DNA from: Octopus vulgaris
Taxonomy: Eukaryota
Direction of reading: 5' to 3'
Assembly: GCA_951406725.2 (NCBI GenBank)
Contig: OX597833.1
Coordinates: forward strand, 29,574,001-29,638,000
Length of the DNA stretch: 64,000 nucleotides
The notes under the pieces are model-generated. The model made no database searches, had not been told where the DNA came from, and saw only the letters and a program-made list of their open reading frames with translations. Positions within the stretch are counted from its first letter, which is position 1. The number at the start of each line of letters is the position of its first letter. Below are positions 37,995 to 52,204 of this stretch, one piece after another. Made by a program: the position numbers and the translations under genes.

Positions 37995-39510
37995 CGGGAA
38001 TTCTTATATGCTGATGACTTCACTCTTATTCTGAACCTTGTAAGGTTAGAACAGAAATTCCAGGTGTAGAAGTAAAACTTGGAATCAGAAGGTCCTAGGT
38101 AGAAATTCCATGGGGTGTGCCAGTACAATTTATGGACACACAAGGGGTGCAGAGGAATCGTAAGAAGATTGAAGAGAAACAGATTTTATAATGTGACAGA
38201 TGCACAGAAAATAGATTTTCTTCAATGTCAAGGTAGATCCTTATTCTGAATTTGTTGTAAGGTTAGAACAGAAATTCCAGGAAGGCCTCATGAAAGTATA
38301 GTAGACAGTGTACGAACAGGCTAGAAAAAAAAAATTTATGGAGCTATTACCTCTGTTGGTAACAAATTTTTCTCTCAAAGTGAATGGCAGATTTTACAAT
38401 GACATGTACAAACTGAAATGCTACATGGTAGAGATACATTGGCCCTGAATGTAGAGAACCTGCAAACACAAGAAAAAATATGAAGCAACCATGCCCTGTT
38501 GGATGTGTAATGTTAGTGTACATTAACAATGGAGTTCAAATGTGTTGAAAGATAAATTGAGCATAAAAAGAATCAGATGTACTTTAACCTTAACACCTAA
38601 CATATAGCCACCTCCCTTTCTTTAATTCTCCCTCTCAGGAAAAGGACTCTTTAGTCTTGCAATTTACACAATGACCTTACTAGTGCTGGTACTAAAAAAA
38701 ACAATGTATCCAGTACACACAGTAAAATGATTATCATTAGGAAAGGCATCAAGTAATACAAGCAGCCAAAACAGAAACACTGGAGCATGATGTAAATTTC
38801 CAACCCATTAGATCTGGTCAAATCATCTAACCTATTTCAGTATGGAAGTGGACAGGAAGTGATGATGATGAGGATTATAAAGAAATTAAGAATATATACA
38901 CGGAAAACTCCAGGTCTGTAGGGAATTACTGCTGAGATGCTTAAAATATCTGGTGGAGTGGGACGCAGCCTAGTCACTTATATAGTTAATCAGGTTGTCC
39001 AAGAAGGGATCATACCCAACGACTGGTGTAGGAGAATCATAGTCAACTGCTACAAAGGTAAAGAAGATGTCTCAGGCACAAGTAATTTCAGGTATATGGA
39101 ATTGCTGGGCTAGGTGATGAAAGTTACAGAAAGGGTCGTAGCTCAACTAATTAGAACAAGAGTAAACTTTAATGAGATGCAGTTTGGTTTTGTGACAGGG
39201 AGAAGTGCTACTGATGCTATCTTCTTAGTAAGGCAACTGCAAGAAAAGCATTTGGCTAAAAATAAACCACTGTACTTGGTATTTGTCAACATGGAGAAAG
39301 CCTCTGACAGAGACCCTGATGGTCACTGTGGAAGCTTAAGGTAGATGTACAGTTAGTGAGAGCCATCCAAGCCACGTACAGAGATGTTGTCAATAAGGTG
39401 AAAGTCAGCAATAAGTACTAGATATAGCAGTGAATTTAGTGTGCTAGTAGATCACAACAGGTTGCAGTCCTTCTAGATTTATCGTAGTCCTTCAGGCCAT
39501 AACATAAGAT
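37995..39510 (+). mobile_element. Two highly decayed RTE fragments
   Basis: LYADD at ~38005, 3' UTR remnant to ~38875, then ITAEMLKISG..QFGFVTGRSATDAIFLVRQLQEK. Confidence 0.75.
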
Positions 39511-40046
39511 TAAATATGTCCCAACAAACATATTTCAATTGATCAAAATGACTATATATATATATAATCATTATTCCCATCATTTAAAGTCCACTCTCCA
39601 TGCTAGCATGGGTTGGACAGTTTAACAGGAGCTTACATGAAGGCTGTGCCAAGCTTTACATGTAGGCTGTACACAAGCTTTACTATAACCCATAATTCAC
39701 AGTGGCCAACGTTTATGCACAACAAAGACAAATAAAAGCATATTAATTAACATACAAGATCAAATTCATGATTTATTGATATTATCTCTATTTCAAGATA
39801 AGGTGGTAGAACAATCACTGATTGGGAATTGAGGACTCCAGAAATGAAGGGGAGATGATCTCATAAACCAAGAATTCCCTAAAAGCTGACATTGAAGAAA
39901 AAATATCCCAGAGACAAGAGAACAGTCATAGACATGTATGTCTGTTTCAATAGACATCATCAGCACAGCAGTTGCTCTACCCTGTCTTCCACAAAATGAG
40001 ATACTTAGCCATATTAGAAAAAACCGGGGACATTCACACACAAATA

Positions 40047-40410
40047 GGCGCAGTGTAGCTGTGTGGTAAGAAGCTTGCTTCCTAATCACATGGTCCTGGG
40101 TTCAGTCCCATTGCGTTGGCACCTTGAGCCAGTGTCTTCTACTATAACCTTGGGCCAACCAAAGTCTTGTGAGTGGAAACTGAAAGAAGCCCATCGTGTG
40201 TGTATGTGTGTCTGTGTTTGTCCCTAACACCATCACTTGACAACCAATATTGGTGTGTTTACATCTCTGTAACTTAGTAGTCTGGCAAAAGAGACCAATA
40301 GGATAAGTACTAGGCTACCAAAGAATAAGTCTTTGGGTCAATTTGTTTAACTAATGGTGGTGCTCCAGCATGGTGGTAATCAAAATACTGAAACAAGTAA
40401 AAGAATAAAA
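40047..40410 (+). mobile_element. tRNA-derived SINE (CORE-like)
   Basis: GGCGCAGTGTAGCTGTGTGGTAAG..GGGTTCAGTCCC..GGCACCTTGAGCCAGTGTCTT..GCTCCAGCATGG. Confidence 0.85.
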
Positions 40411-40560
40411 TACATACATTCATATGTATGCATGGATGCATGTATGTACATATGTATGGTCTCTTTTGTACATATGTATGTACATGCACAGACATGCATA
40501 TGTACATAAATACACGCATACACACACACAAACGCACACACACCACACACTCACATGCAT

Positions 40561-40597
<37 letters not shown>

Positions 40598-42339
40598 TTA
40601 AGAATTCATTGTAAAAGAAACCTTTCTCTGAATGAGATGGCACAGCAGTCAAGCAGTCAGCTGGTCAGTCAACCATGGCAAGGTGAAGAAAATAGCTGGA
40701 ATGCAGACAATTGAAAAAATCTCTCAATGAGGTTGAGAGAGAAGAAAAAGAAGGAGAGAGAAAGAGGAACGTGGAGGGGGAAGGAGAAAAGGAGCAGAAA
40801 TAAAAAGAGAGAGTGAAAGATAAAGGGGAGGATTTAAGATGTATGGCTAGTGTATTCTAGTGTCCCCTCTTTGTTTAGCCCCTTGTGGGTAGTAAAGAAA
40901 TATATTCTAGTATGACCTCTGATAACACTACCATTATCACAAATATATTCTAGTATGACCTCTGATAAGACTACCATTATCACCAAGTGGCTGGGTAGAT
41001 GAATGCAAGAAGAGCTGTAAACAGGAGAAAGAAAAACTGAAGCAACATACCTATAATATCTCACTATTGCAACCGTCATCACCACAACTACACATCACTG
41101 TGAATGAATGAAAGGGGTGCATAGGGAGCGGGGGGGGTAAGATAACTGTATATGGTATATTTATGGTTACCCCAAAATATATGCTACTGAGAGCATAACT
41201 GAACCAGCAAACCAGCCTCTGTGATCGCTGAACCAGCTAGAGATAGCAACTAAATCTCCAAATCTCCTTGAAATTCTTACTCTTCTGTTAACACGAGTAA
41301 ATGGGTTAATCCTTCTGTGATCCCATTACTAGCACTACCAATATGTTTTAATGAGTTTTGAGAATAAAGAATTGGGATGATTTAATAAAATAACTAGCAT
41401 GGTTTTGTTTTTTTTACAAGAACTAGTATTTTGTAAAATTACAAAATATTTGCAAATGAAATTATGAAGGAAAGTTCCAATTTAAACTTTGTTTTTGTAT
41501 TTTGTTCATTAAACAAACCTTGTATCTAAAAGAGGCCATTACACCAATAATAATGACACATACTAGTTCAGTTTTACTCCTTTATTGTCAGTCAACCTAA
41601 CCAACTAGTTTGTTGGTTGAACAATCAATCTCTTTAGTGACCTGACCTCTTTATTCCAGGTCAGCTTTAAACATGAATGCAGAAAAAAAAATAAGAAAAG
41701 AAGAACATGTTTCTTTTTCTTGTCTTTTCTTTTTGTCAGAATGTTCTGGAGCTAGATATCAATAAGAAAGAACACATTGTGTGATGTAATTTTAATTATT
41801 ATGTCTAATGAGAGAAGAATGGGTTCTACACAACACTTTAAGCAAGTGTCTTCTACAATATCCTTTGGTTGACCAAAGACTTGTGAGTGAATTTAGTAGA
41901 GAGAAACTGCTCAGAAGCCCATGACTTAAGCTTTCCAACTTAATACTTGTCCTAATAGAGTACTCTGGATCTATTTTTTCTTACCTTGGTAAGACAAGAT
42001 TCTTTCTTGCTTGTATATGAATTTACTTGCTTTGTTCTTCTGTATATCCTGGTTCTTTTGCTTGTTTCAGTCATGAGACTGTGGCCATACTGGGGCACCA
42101 TCTTGAATAATTTTTAGTCAAATGTATCAACCCCAGTACTTACTTTTTTTAAAGCTTGGTACCTATTCTATTGGTCTCTTATGCCAAACCACTAAGTTAC
42201 AGGGATGTAAACACACCAACACCAGTTGTCAGGTGGTGGTGGGAGACAAACAGAGACACAATAATGCACACACACAGAGGTCTGTGTGTGTGTGTGTATG
42301 TGTGTGTGTGTGTGTGTGTGTGTAGGAACTACAGACATG

Positions 42340-42976
42340 TAACATAGAGGGCAACTGGGAGTTCCTGCAATACAACTTGCTGAGTGGCACAGACAAACCT
42401 GTGGCCAGCACAAAGTCCCAACCAGTCCTGGAGTGGTGTGGTGGTCAAATGATGTTGTAAACAAGGTCATTTGAGTGAAGAAACAGACTTAGGACTGGAA
42501 GAATGGTAATAGCAGAGAACTATATCTGGTAGCTGAGAGGGAGGTTAGTAGACAGGTGTACTTCGCCAGGGAAGAAGCAGAAAGGAGGAAGTTTGCCAAT
42601 GTTCTGTGATGTGAGGACTAGAGGCTTGAAGTGTTTTGGATTGCAAGACAGTGTCACCCCAAAAATCATGATGTGGTTGGAGAGAAATGTGTTCACATGG
42701 ATGATGGCTCACTTGCAGTTAGTGGCTCTGCAAAAAAGGAGGCTTGGAAGAATGACTAATGTGGACCCAACTGAGGGGCTGGATATTCGAAATGACAGTA
42801 GCAATTAAGGATATGACAGGAAAAGCCCCATTAGGAATCACTGCTGAGATGCTTAAAATATCTGGTGGAGTGGGATATGACCTGGTTACCTGTATAGTTA
42901 ATCAGGTTGACCATCATACAATGATTGGTGTAGCAGCATTATAGTCAACTGCTACAAAGGCAAAGGTGATGCCCTA
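42340..42976 (+). mobile_element. Decayed RTE fragment
   Basis: Homologous to the [18 protein letters not shown] region. Confidence 0.75.
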
Positions 42977-42979
42977 CAC

Positions 42980-43745
42980 CATTGGTTCTGAAACTGGGGT
43001 CTATAGTCCCTTAGAGGACTGTAAAGGGATTTGAGGGGTACTATGAAGGGATACTGAAGCGCTTTGAAAATGGGTGGCTTGAGACAGTTAAGTTTAAAAA
43101 CTTGAAGACTACACACTCATTTGCTAATCACACTTGTTGTACAATAGGTGTGATTGGCTGATGGAAAATATGCATTAGGTTGATCGTGCATGTGCTGTCA
43201 GTATTTTACACTCACATGATTCACCACTCCACTATTCCAATCCACATGTTTGCATGTCTTTTGCCATCACTATCCTCATTGGAGCATGTTCCTGAATAAC
43301 CTTGCCATTTGCCAGACACCCTTTCTCATCCCACATGATGGCTGGGCTTCATAAGGCATGGTTGTTCTTCATAGCAATGTGTTTCAACAAGTGTCTTCTC
43401 AACGGTTGTCAATTCATGGGGGTTTATCTACAGACAAAGCAATGCTCATATACACTTCCACAATTGTGCACCCAGTAGTATATGACAAATGTGAAATAAA
43501 TATACAACATAGTTATATTAAATTGGTTTACTGAATTTTATCTTTTTTCATAATGCCTCAGAAAAAGAAAATGAGATATGACAAATCTCATTTGAAATTT
43601 GGTTTTACTGTGATAAAGTCTTGTTGAAAAGGAAACCACAATGTGTTTTGTACTCTGAGATTTTGGCATCTACTTCACTAAAGCCTAGCTAATTAAAGAG
43701 GCACTTGAAAATGAAGCACCCCAGTTCAATAAATAGAGAATTCAA
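42980..43745 (+). mobile_element. hAT Charlie/Buster-type left end with BED-finger remnant
   Basis: CATTGGTTCTGAAACTGGGG resembles a CAGTGGTTCTCAA TIR; LKFGFT..KPQCVL.SEILASTSLKPS.LKRHLKMKHP at ~43590-43725. Confidence 0.7.
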
Positions 43746-43749
43746 GAGT

Positions 43750-45045
43750 GGATGCTCCATTGACCGATTTTTCCACCTGGTAGAGGGCAGTGAGTGCCTG
43801 GTAACATTCCAGATGCCAATCACCCAGTCTGGGTCTCTTCTTGACCTAGGACTGCAGCTCAGTCAAGGAGACGAGCTGGGGAAAGGCCTGTTTGACAAAC
43901 AGCAACCACACTTGTTCGCCATTTAGGCAGAATATCTGGAGATGCTGCAGCTCCAGTGCATATCTATACAGCATTCATCACGGCATTCCCAGCCCTCCAC
44001 GTAGAAGGTGCTAGCAGAAGCTGGACTGCTGTACCAACGGAACCTATTTCCTCGACAAGAATTTGAAGAGGAGGCACTCCAACTTGGCGAAGTGCGAACA
44101 GCGACAAGGCATGACTGCCAAGCAGCAGTAGATGACAGACGCGATGTACACATTCGCTACCTCCACCTGACCTTTCTGTGACAGCTTCCTTGCAGCCCAT
44201 TTCTGGGTGAGACTGGCTACTCTGCTTGTTACCTCATCTTAATTTTTATCCACCTGGAAGTCTAGTCCAAACCAAACCCCAAGCAACTTTACAAATCCAT
44301 CTGTCCAGCTCCCAACTATGCAGTTGGACAGCATGGACTTGCCTCTCCAGATGCTGAGATGCAAGCCACCAACTTTTCTGGGTTACGTTTTGCTCCTGTC
44401 AAATTTTCATATTCCTCCAGTGATGAGCTGCCCATCTCAATTTCTGAGGTATTCAACACCATCATGGTGATGCCGTCTGTATAAGCCAACACAACACTTC
44501 CACGTCCCAGTTCAAGCGGGAAGCTAAAGTCAGCTGCCTTGAGGACAGCCTCCAGGTACCGATGGTCAACCCTATCGAATGTTTTCGATTGATCTAAATT
44601 GACCATAGCCCCACTGAAGCCAGGTTTACACCCTACCCTTTCTGTGATGTGTTGCATGAGGTGGAGGTTGTCATGTGTGGACTTGGTCGGGATTGCCTCC
44701 CCAACCAAGTCTTCGACGACAAGTGCCAACCTCACACATCTGCCTGGAATCGCTCAGCACGTGTCCATCTTGGCTCATCAAAGACTGAATTGTGGTTTTG
44801 TTACCATGTTGTGCCTCTGAGATATGGGGGGGGGGCATTGAACAGTTTTCACCACCTCTACCACCTCTGCTATTATTGTTGTTGTTGTTGTTATTGTTGC
44901 TGGGACTGAGTGATATGAGAGGGAGAAAGTCTTCTTCTGTGGGAGGTCTGGTGGGAGAGATAGCTTTCCCCCTCATCGCTTCCATGGTTGCTGATGCCAA
45001 TAATGATAGTAATGAGGATGACGCCATCTTGTGCGTGTGTGTTTT
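43750..45045 (-). mobile_element. Internally deleted L1/Tx1-like LINE
   Basis: 5' CACAAGATGGCGTC (YY1-like, MAS start); AIPTKSTHDNLHLM..NLDQSKTFDRVDHRYLEAVL; AYTDGIT (YADD-like). Confidence 0.7.
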
Positions 45046-45139
45046 TTTTTTTTTTTAATGCAATTGATAATTAAATGAATAAATACTGCCCCTCACTGGG
45101 CAGAAATAACCACCAAAAGCCTATCAGTAGGTTCTTAGT

Positions 45140-45822
45140 GTTCTTGTTGTCTGTTTATAAGAAGAATTGATAAAATATATTTGTTCAGACAAGGTGAAAA
45201 GCACAGTTTAAATAATAACTTATAAAGCATGCTCAAAAGAACATCTTACATATCCCACAACCAATAACAACAACAACAACAACAACAACAACAATAATAA
45301 TAATAACAATAAAACCAGATATTGTTGTGGAAGACCAAAACAATAAAGTCTGTTTATTGACTGACATGAGCATACCTTGTGATCATATCTCGTCAAAAGT
45401 ATTTGCTGATTGAAATCAAAAAGATGTGGCATAACAGTGATTGTAGGAGCACTCAGAATGATCAGAAAAGGAACTGAAAATTATTTGAGGATGATCCACG
45501 GCTTACCATCCATGCAAAAAGTGCTAAAGATTGTTTTAACTAATATGTCACATGTATTGAGAAGAGTGTTGTCCCTGTGAATTTTCTTTCCATTTTCCCC
45601 TTTATTTACTTTTTTTTTCCTTTTTTCATGTTTTCTTATTTTTAAATATTTTTCTTCTTTCCTTTTTCTTTCTTTTTTGCTCTTTTTTTTTCTACCGCAT
45701 GACTTTGTAAATGAACAATCTAGTGTGTTTATTCTAATGTCCTACCTATGTTTATTGTGAGTTTCTTTGCCTTAAGTGTTGGGAAGAAACTCTGCAAAAA
45801 ATAGAAACAAAATTGAAAGAAG

Positions 45823-45866
<44 letters not shown>
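45140..45866 (+). mobile_element. R4/Dong-like restriction-endonuclease LINE 3' fragment ending in (TAA)n
   Basis: KPDIVVEDQNNKVCLLTDMSIP (RLE PD..D motif), EIKKMW, VIVGAL; followed by (AAT)n at 45822-45866. Confidence 0.7.
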
Positions 45867-46808
45867 TTATAGTGGGGAGTGTTGTTGCTGAAATTGTTCC
45901 CCAAAGTATTACTAGTATTAGACACAAGGCTCTTTTTTGTTACTAGTAATACATATTTTATTAGATTCTAGCATGAAGCATCTAGCCCGGATTTCTAAAT
46001 CGCAGTCACAACTCTGCATTAGACTTTCACTCAGTATTTTTCTAGCTGCCTTATGTTTTGAAACTTCTGGTTATAACAGATGTTAAGTGGAATACTTGAT
46101 TGTGTGTTTTAAGATTTATTTATACTGCATATCATATTTTCCTAGGTATTTGATTGAGATTTCGAAGCTCTTGTTGATCATAAAAAATAAAAAATACCCC
46201 AAAACCAAGTAACTGTAAACACTTGTGATGGTCTTGAGTCAATGGGGGTAACTTCTACATAGCTGCCTGATCTCTCAGAAATGGTTGCCAGATTTTCCTA
46301 TACTCTCTTATAAAATGTTAGACACATTTGTCTATGTAATCAATGTCATCTTTGGTATCACCCTTGTCAGTGGTAGTGGCACCATTGTCACCATCATTAT
46401 CCCCATCATTATTTTATGTCTGTTTTCCATACTGGCATAGATTGTAAGATTCAATACTGTTCATGTCATTTTGCACATACAGAAACAGAAGCAGAAGAAC
46501 TGGCCAAATTTGGTGTTGTTTATATTTTGCAGTATGGACAGGTTGTGTTTTCAGCTGTGTAAAGAAGTGCTGATCCCTAACTGTGGAGGGAACCTGTGGA
46601 AGAAGCAGACCCAGGAAGACATGGCATGAGGTGGTGAAATATGATCTTTGGATGTTCAGTCTCATGGAGGTGACGACAAGTGGCTGTGACTTTTGGAGAT
46701 ATGCTGTATTTGGGAAGAAACATCAAGCTAAGTGAAATCATTGTTGTAGCTAATGCTGGTAACACATGAAAAGCACCCATGCTGTTTGACACATATATAT
46801 ACATATAC

Positions 46809-46850
<42 letters not shown>

Positions 46851-47671
46851 GGAGGTGTATGTGTGTGTGTACAGGTAAGACTGCATGCAGACATGTATAT
46901 GTACATAAGTATGTATGTATGCATAAGTAAAAGATGAAGTATCAAAAGGATTCATCATCATTGTTGCTGCTATCATCATCATTTTCATTTGACTGTAGAA
47001 GTTACCACTTAAGCACCTTTTGTAATCAGTGGTGGTCCCATGGTTAGGTGATTAGCCCTGGTCATTAATAAGATTTGAATCCTTAACTGGAACTTTCATT
47101 CATAACTGAAAGGTCCAGAACTATCATAAGGTATCTTCTCAGTACTCAGACAATACCCCTGATTTACCATTACTGGACTGTACTCTATTCATTGACCTCA
47201 AAAGGATGAAAAGTAAAGTTGACCTTGATGAGATTTGAAATCAGAGAAAACTTCTCTTCAGTCAATGTGAGTATAAATCATCATATTTAATGATCTGCGA
47301 GACAGTGTAAAAATGTTTCTTTTCCTAATTCTCACTTTGGTGAGTTGCTGACTGTGGCAAAATATTCTCAGCAAAGTATCCAAATTAAATTTGTGGAAGC
47401 CAGCCATATAAAACAAATACAAAGAAGGAATTTCTTCATGGTTGCTCTTTCTGCAAGAAATAACTGCCAAATTTTCCTCAAATCTTATACAAAAGTCATG
47501 GTTAATATAATTCCTATTCTTGTTCTTTCCTGTCTTGCAAGAAACTTGGTAACCAACCTCACTAGTGCCCGTAGCATGAAATAAACAGCATCCAATAGAC
47601 TGTAAAGTGGTTGATGTTAGGAAGTGTATCCACTCATAGAATCCACGCTAAAGCTGACATGAAGCACAATG

Positions 47672-48470
47672 TATGAGGGTGGGCTGAAAAGTTCATAGGC
47701 TGATTATGAAGGAGTAATGCTTGAGCTGTGAAATCTTGCATGCATTAATTTCAACTGTTCTTATTAATAACTGTATTGTCTCTTTCCAGGCAAACTGACA
47801 TCTGAAGATTTTAAAGTAACTAGTAATGACTGCTCTTGAAAATAGACAAACTCTAGCCTAGTGGTTATCAAATACCAACAGAAAAAGGGTTTAGCCCTAG
47901 AGTCATTCATATTGACGTGCTTGCTAGGGGATGATACTCCAGCTTTTTACAACAGCCCAAAAGTGGGCAGTTGAATTTAGAAGGAGAATGGTGAGTCTTG
48001 AAGGTAACCCAACGTATTCATGTCCTGCAACTGCCACCACCAAGAAAAACATTGATCATGTTCACCACAGGTAATGGACGACAGACAATTGACTATAAAT
48101 CAAATAGCCAATGCTATATGCATATTCTGTGAGAAAGCTGAGAATACTGTGCACAATGGACTTGGTATGATGAGGGTTTTTTATTCGCTGGGTGCTGCAT
48201 CTTCTGACACCTGATCATATCACGGGGAAAATCTGACACTGTTTGAGATAGATCCAGATGGTTTCCTTCAAAATTTCCAAACCAAGGGTGAATGTTTGAA
48301 CCAGAGACAAAGAGGCAATTCATGCAGTGGAAACACTCCTCCTTTCCTGCTTTAAAGAAGGCTAAGGTTGTTTCATCTGCAGGGAAAGTGATGGCCTCAA
48401 TTTTTTTAGGGATGCAAAAGGCATTGTGCTTAGTGACTATCTTCAGATGGGTCATACCATCAATGACTGC
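47672..48470 (+). mobile_element. Mariner relic
   Basis: TATGAGGGTGGGCTGAAAAGTT TIR-like start; FEPETKRQFMQWKH..KKAKVVSSAGKVMASIF. Confidence 0.8.
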
Positions 48471-49135
48471 TTGAATTTCATTGATCGTAACTCTACTTCA
48501 TTCAGGGATGTCCTGGGGTTAAACTAACAATGATTGAAACTGATCAGGCCAGCTCTGATCAAGTAGACTTAAATAACCACAAAGAAATTCTCTGGTTGAA
48601 CTTGATTCCACATACTCACAAGTTCTTGTGCCTTATGAGTGTGTAGAATCAAGTTCAACTCTTAACGTAGGTGTAAAGTTGGGAAGAAGGATGAGTGAAA
48701 TTGGTTTGTCTCTGATACACTACATCAGTGTTTCATAACCTTTTACTACAGAGACTTATTTTGGTCAGTCAGTTCCTTCCCATGACCCCTTTTTAGATAA
48801 TTAAATAAAAACATGAAAACTCATTGCAAGAGTGAGGCTTTCTTTTTTAAATGTTAAAAAATGTTAAAAAAAAAATGAGTTTACATTGCTTAGAAAATTT
48901 TAACTGAGCTAAGAAGTGAAGTTTCTCGTTTTGCATAGTTGTGGTTCTGGTTGTTGATTCTTGATAGACAGCAGTTACAGGGATTCAACATAGAGAGACA
49001 GATGGGAGAATCACAGGCACCAAATTGCCTCTTCCCTTCCATCCCCACAGAGCTATGGTGAAGATTAAAATATTATCCTACATTACCTAAAATATCATCT
49101 ATAAAAACAACTTTCCAAAAATATTCTATTTAAAT

Positions 49136-49616
49136 CAGTGGTTCTCAGCTGGGGTCCATATAACCATTCAGGGTCCACATAAGAGTCTGTTGTTAAAATT
49201 TATCTGCAATAAATTAGTTATACCTCTACAATAAATGGCGGTGCCCCAGCATGGCCACAGCTCATGAGCTGAAACTAGAATCAATCAATCAATCAATACA
49301 CAAAATATCTTAACTTTTCAATACAATTCTTAATAATATTTATTTATTAAAATATGATATAATTTTGGGGGATGTACTTGCATAGCAAGTGACCTGACCT
49401 GAGATCGTGTATTTAAGAAACACACAAAAACCGTTAGATTCACTTCAACATTTAAATTAAATTTGCCAAAATATTTTTGTCGCTTTGAGACCACGACCTG
49501 TTCACTGACAAAATTCTGTGATATAATTTTTAAAATATCAAATGGCTAGGTGGGTTCATCTGAGTAAAATAGGAATCAAAGGGAGTCTACAGGTAAAAAA
49601 TAGTTGAGAAATACTG
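49136..49616. mobile_element. hAT (Charlie-like) MITE with nested fragments
   Basis: TIRs CAGTGGTTCTCAG / TTGAGAAATACTG; 8-bp TSD ATTTAAAT / ATTTAGAT. Confidence 0.8.
49462..49512 (-). ncRNA. Hammerhead-like motif with G3-C8 swapped core
   Basis: UUUGUCA-GUGAACA-G-GUCGU(GGUCUCAAA)GCGAC-AAAA-AUAU-UU-UGGCAAA. Confidence 0.55.
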
Positions 49617-51248
49617 ATTTAGATGAAGTTCATTTAATATCCAATACTTTTATTGGTGATTAATTCCTCATTTTCTGTTAGCATAAATGGATTGTGGCTC
49701 TCAATACACCCATATTATTTTGTAGACCATAATATTCATGAACATCTTATATTTTGAATATTTTAAAAGTAAAAGATTTTGTCTTTATGTCATTTTCACA
49801 ATTATATGTGTCACTACATCTGGGCTACAGGACTCACCATCTGGAAGAACTGGTATTTTCCCAGATAATAATTCTGCTCGAGATTTTGGTAGATGTCTGA
49901 TGAAATGTTTGACTGACAGCATATGGAGATTTATCTTCACAAACACAGTAGGGTGTTTGATGAGATATTTCACTGACAGCATATCATGAAATACTTTAAC
50001 TGGCAGCAGCAGTGGTGGTGGTGGTGGTGGTGGTGAAGATAATGATGGTGATAGTGGTGTTGGTGATGATGATGGTGAGGGTGGTTATGACAGAGGTGAT
50101 TGTAATCATGGTACTTGTAGTAGTGATGAAAATGAATTGGTGATGGAACTGGCAGGGGTGATAGAACTAATGATGTTATGATGATGGTGGTGGTAGTGGT
50201 GGTGGTGGTATGGTAGTTGTGATGACGTGGTGGTGAAGTGATAGAGTGATGGTGATGGAAGTGGTAGTAGTGATAATGGCAATGTGGTGATGACAGTATG
50301 TTGTTATTGTGGTGGTGGTGATAGTCAAACAAAAATGATGGAGAATTTTGATGATAAAAAAGATGGCATCATTGATGGTATTGATGAAAAGAGGAGAGGA
50401 TGAAGGACAGAAGAAAGCTTTGATGATAACTTGACAATGAGAAAAGAAGTCATCAATGTTGTCACCATTATTATTGTCATCATCATCATCATCATCATCA
50501 AGATCATATTGCTCATGACAATGACTACATTGATAATGCTAAGTATGATGACATAAAATGCTGTTTTTTTTGTAAAAATATAATTTAATTTATATACATT
50601 TTATTTATGATGTTTCTCTTTTTTATTTCTCCATTTTCTCCTTTTTTACTTCCTCCAAGGAAGGAGATTATGTTTTCATTTATATATATGTTTCATGATG
50701 TACAATTTGAATAATGGTACCAGCCCACAGCTCCAGATATAACTGGTCAAAAGAATATAATATCAAAACGGAAATTAGACGCTAAATATAAAATAAATAA
50801 GACAAAAATACAATGAATATATACATAAAAATTTTACATAAAAATATATACTTAATATATATATACATACAAATTTTTAAAACTTTCCTCTCATGCTCTT
50901 TTTCTCCTATCATTTTTTTATTTGTGTTTTATTTTGTTCTTGCAAACTCTAAGTCTGTTGATTCCCACCTTAAACTACTACATACAAGCCATAAACTAGG
51001 AGGAACATATGTGCAAAGTACGTTCCAGATGGTTGCATACCGGGAACATTAACACTGTATGGGTGGTGGTTTACTTAGAAGAATGCTTCTGTGTGAGAAA
51101 AAACAAAAACAATCAAACAAAAAAATAACAAAAGCACAAAAAATACCCACAACAAAAATGGTTTCTTGCATGTTAATCTGATTATTTTATATGCAGCAAT
51201 ATATATCAGACATTATTTCAAAGAAAGAAAAAGTGAAGTTATTCAAGT

Positions 51249-51392
<144 letters not shown>

Positions 51393-51539
51393 TATCTGTG
51401 TGTGAGTGTATGTATATGTATATGCATATTATACACACACACTCACATAATATTAATATAAGAAAAAATAACTCAAATATTGGCTTGGCCTTTCGATTTT
51501 TGTTGAGACTAAATTTCAAGCACTCTAGTAAGCACCCAA

Positions 51540-52050
51540 CTTCAGTCTACTTCTGCAACAGTGCAGGAAATGTTTAATCACAGCCAGCAAAAATCAACAC
51601 ATCAAGCAACTTGTGAAAGGGGACTGACAAGACACACAATACTTACGGTGTTGTATAAAGAATTGAATTTTCGTCTGTGGAAACCCAATTACATGCAGGA
51701 GCTAAAGCTTGAAGATTGTGACCCCAGATGTCCCGAAGTTCAGAAGTCCAAGAGGTCCTGATCTCACTCCATGTGATTTTTTTACCTGTGAGGTTACACA
51801 AAAGAGGTGTACAAGACAAAACCTCGCACACAGGAGGACACAGATTCAGGAGGTTCTCAGTGATTTCCCAGATGACATCCTTCAGAAGGTTGTTCATTCC
51901 ATCCCTGGCTGTTTGAGGAAACTGGTTGATGCCACCAGTGCTTACATTGAAATAGTAAGATTTACTTTCATTTTCCCATGTAATAAAGGACATGTATCAT
52001 TTGTTTCAATAAATTTGTAAAAGGAATATGATTTTATTACCAATTTTTAA
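51540..52050 (+). mobile_element. Tc1/mariner-superfamily relic
   Basis: LNFRLWKP..QELK..D and PRGPDLTPCDFF (SPDLxPxD motif). Confidence 0.7.
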
Positions 52051-52204
52051 TGACTACTTACTTTTCCCTCATCCTATATATACACACATGTATTTATACT
52101 AAATTGTTTGGTTTTTATACAATTTTATATTTTTATATTCATTTTATGATCATATTATTTGCTGCTGTTGTTGCCATTGTCATTATTATTATTAAAGTTG
52201 TTTT

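Noticed and set aside
49970-50516. His-rich and Met-rich ORFs
   Set aside because: Translations of degenerate (GGT/GAT)n repeats.
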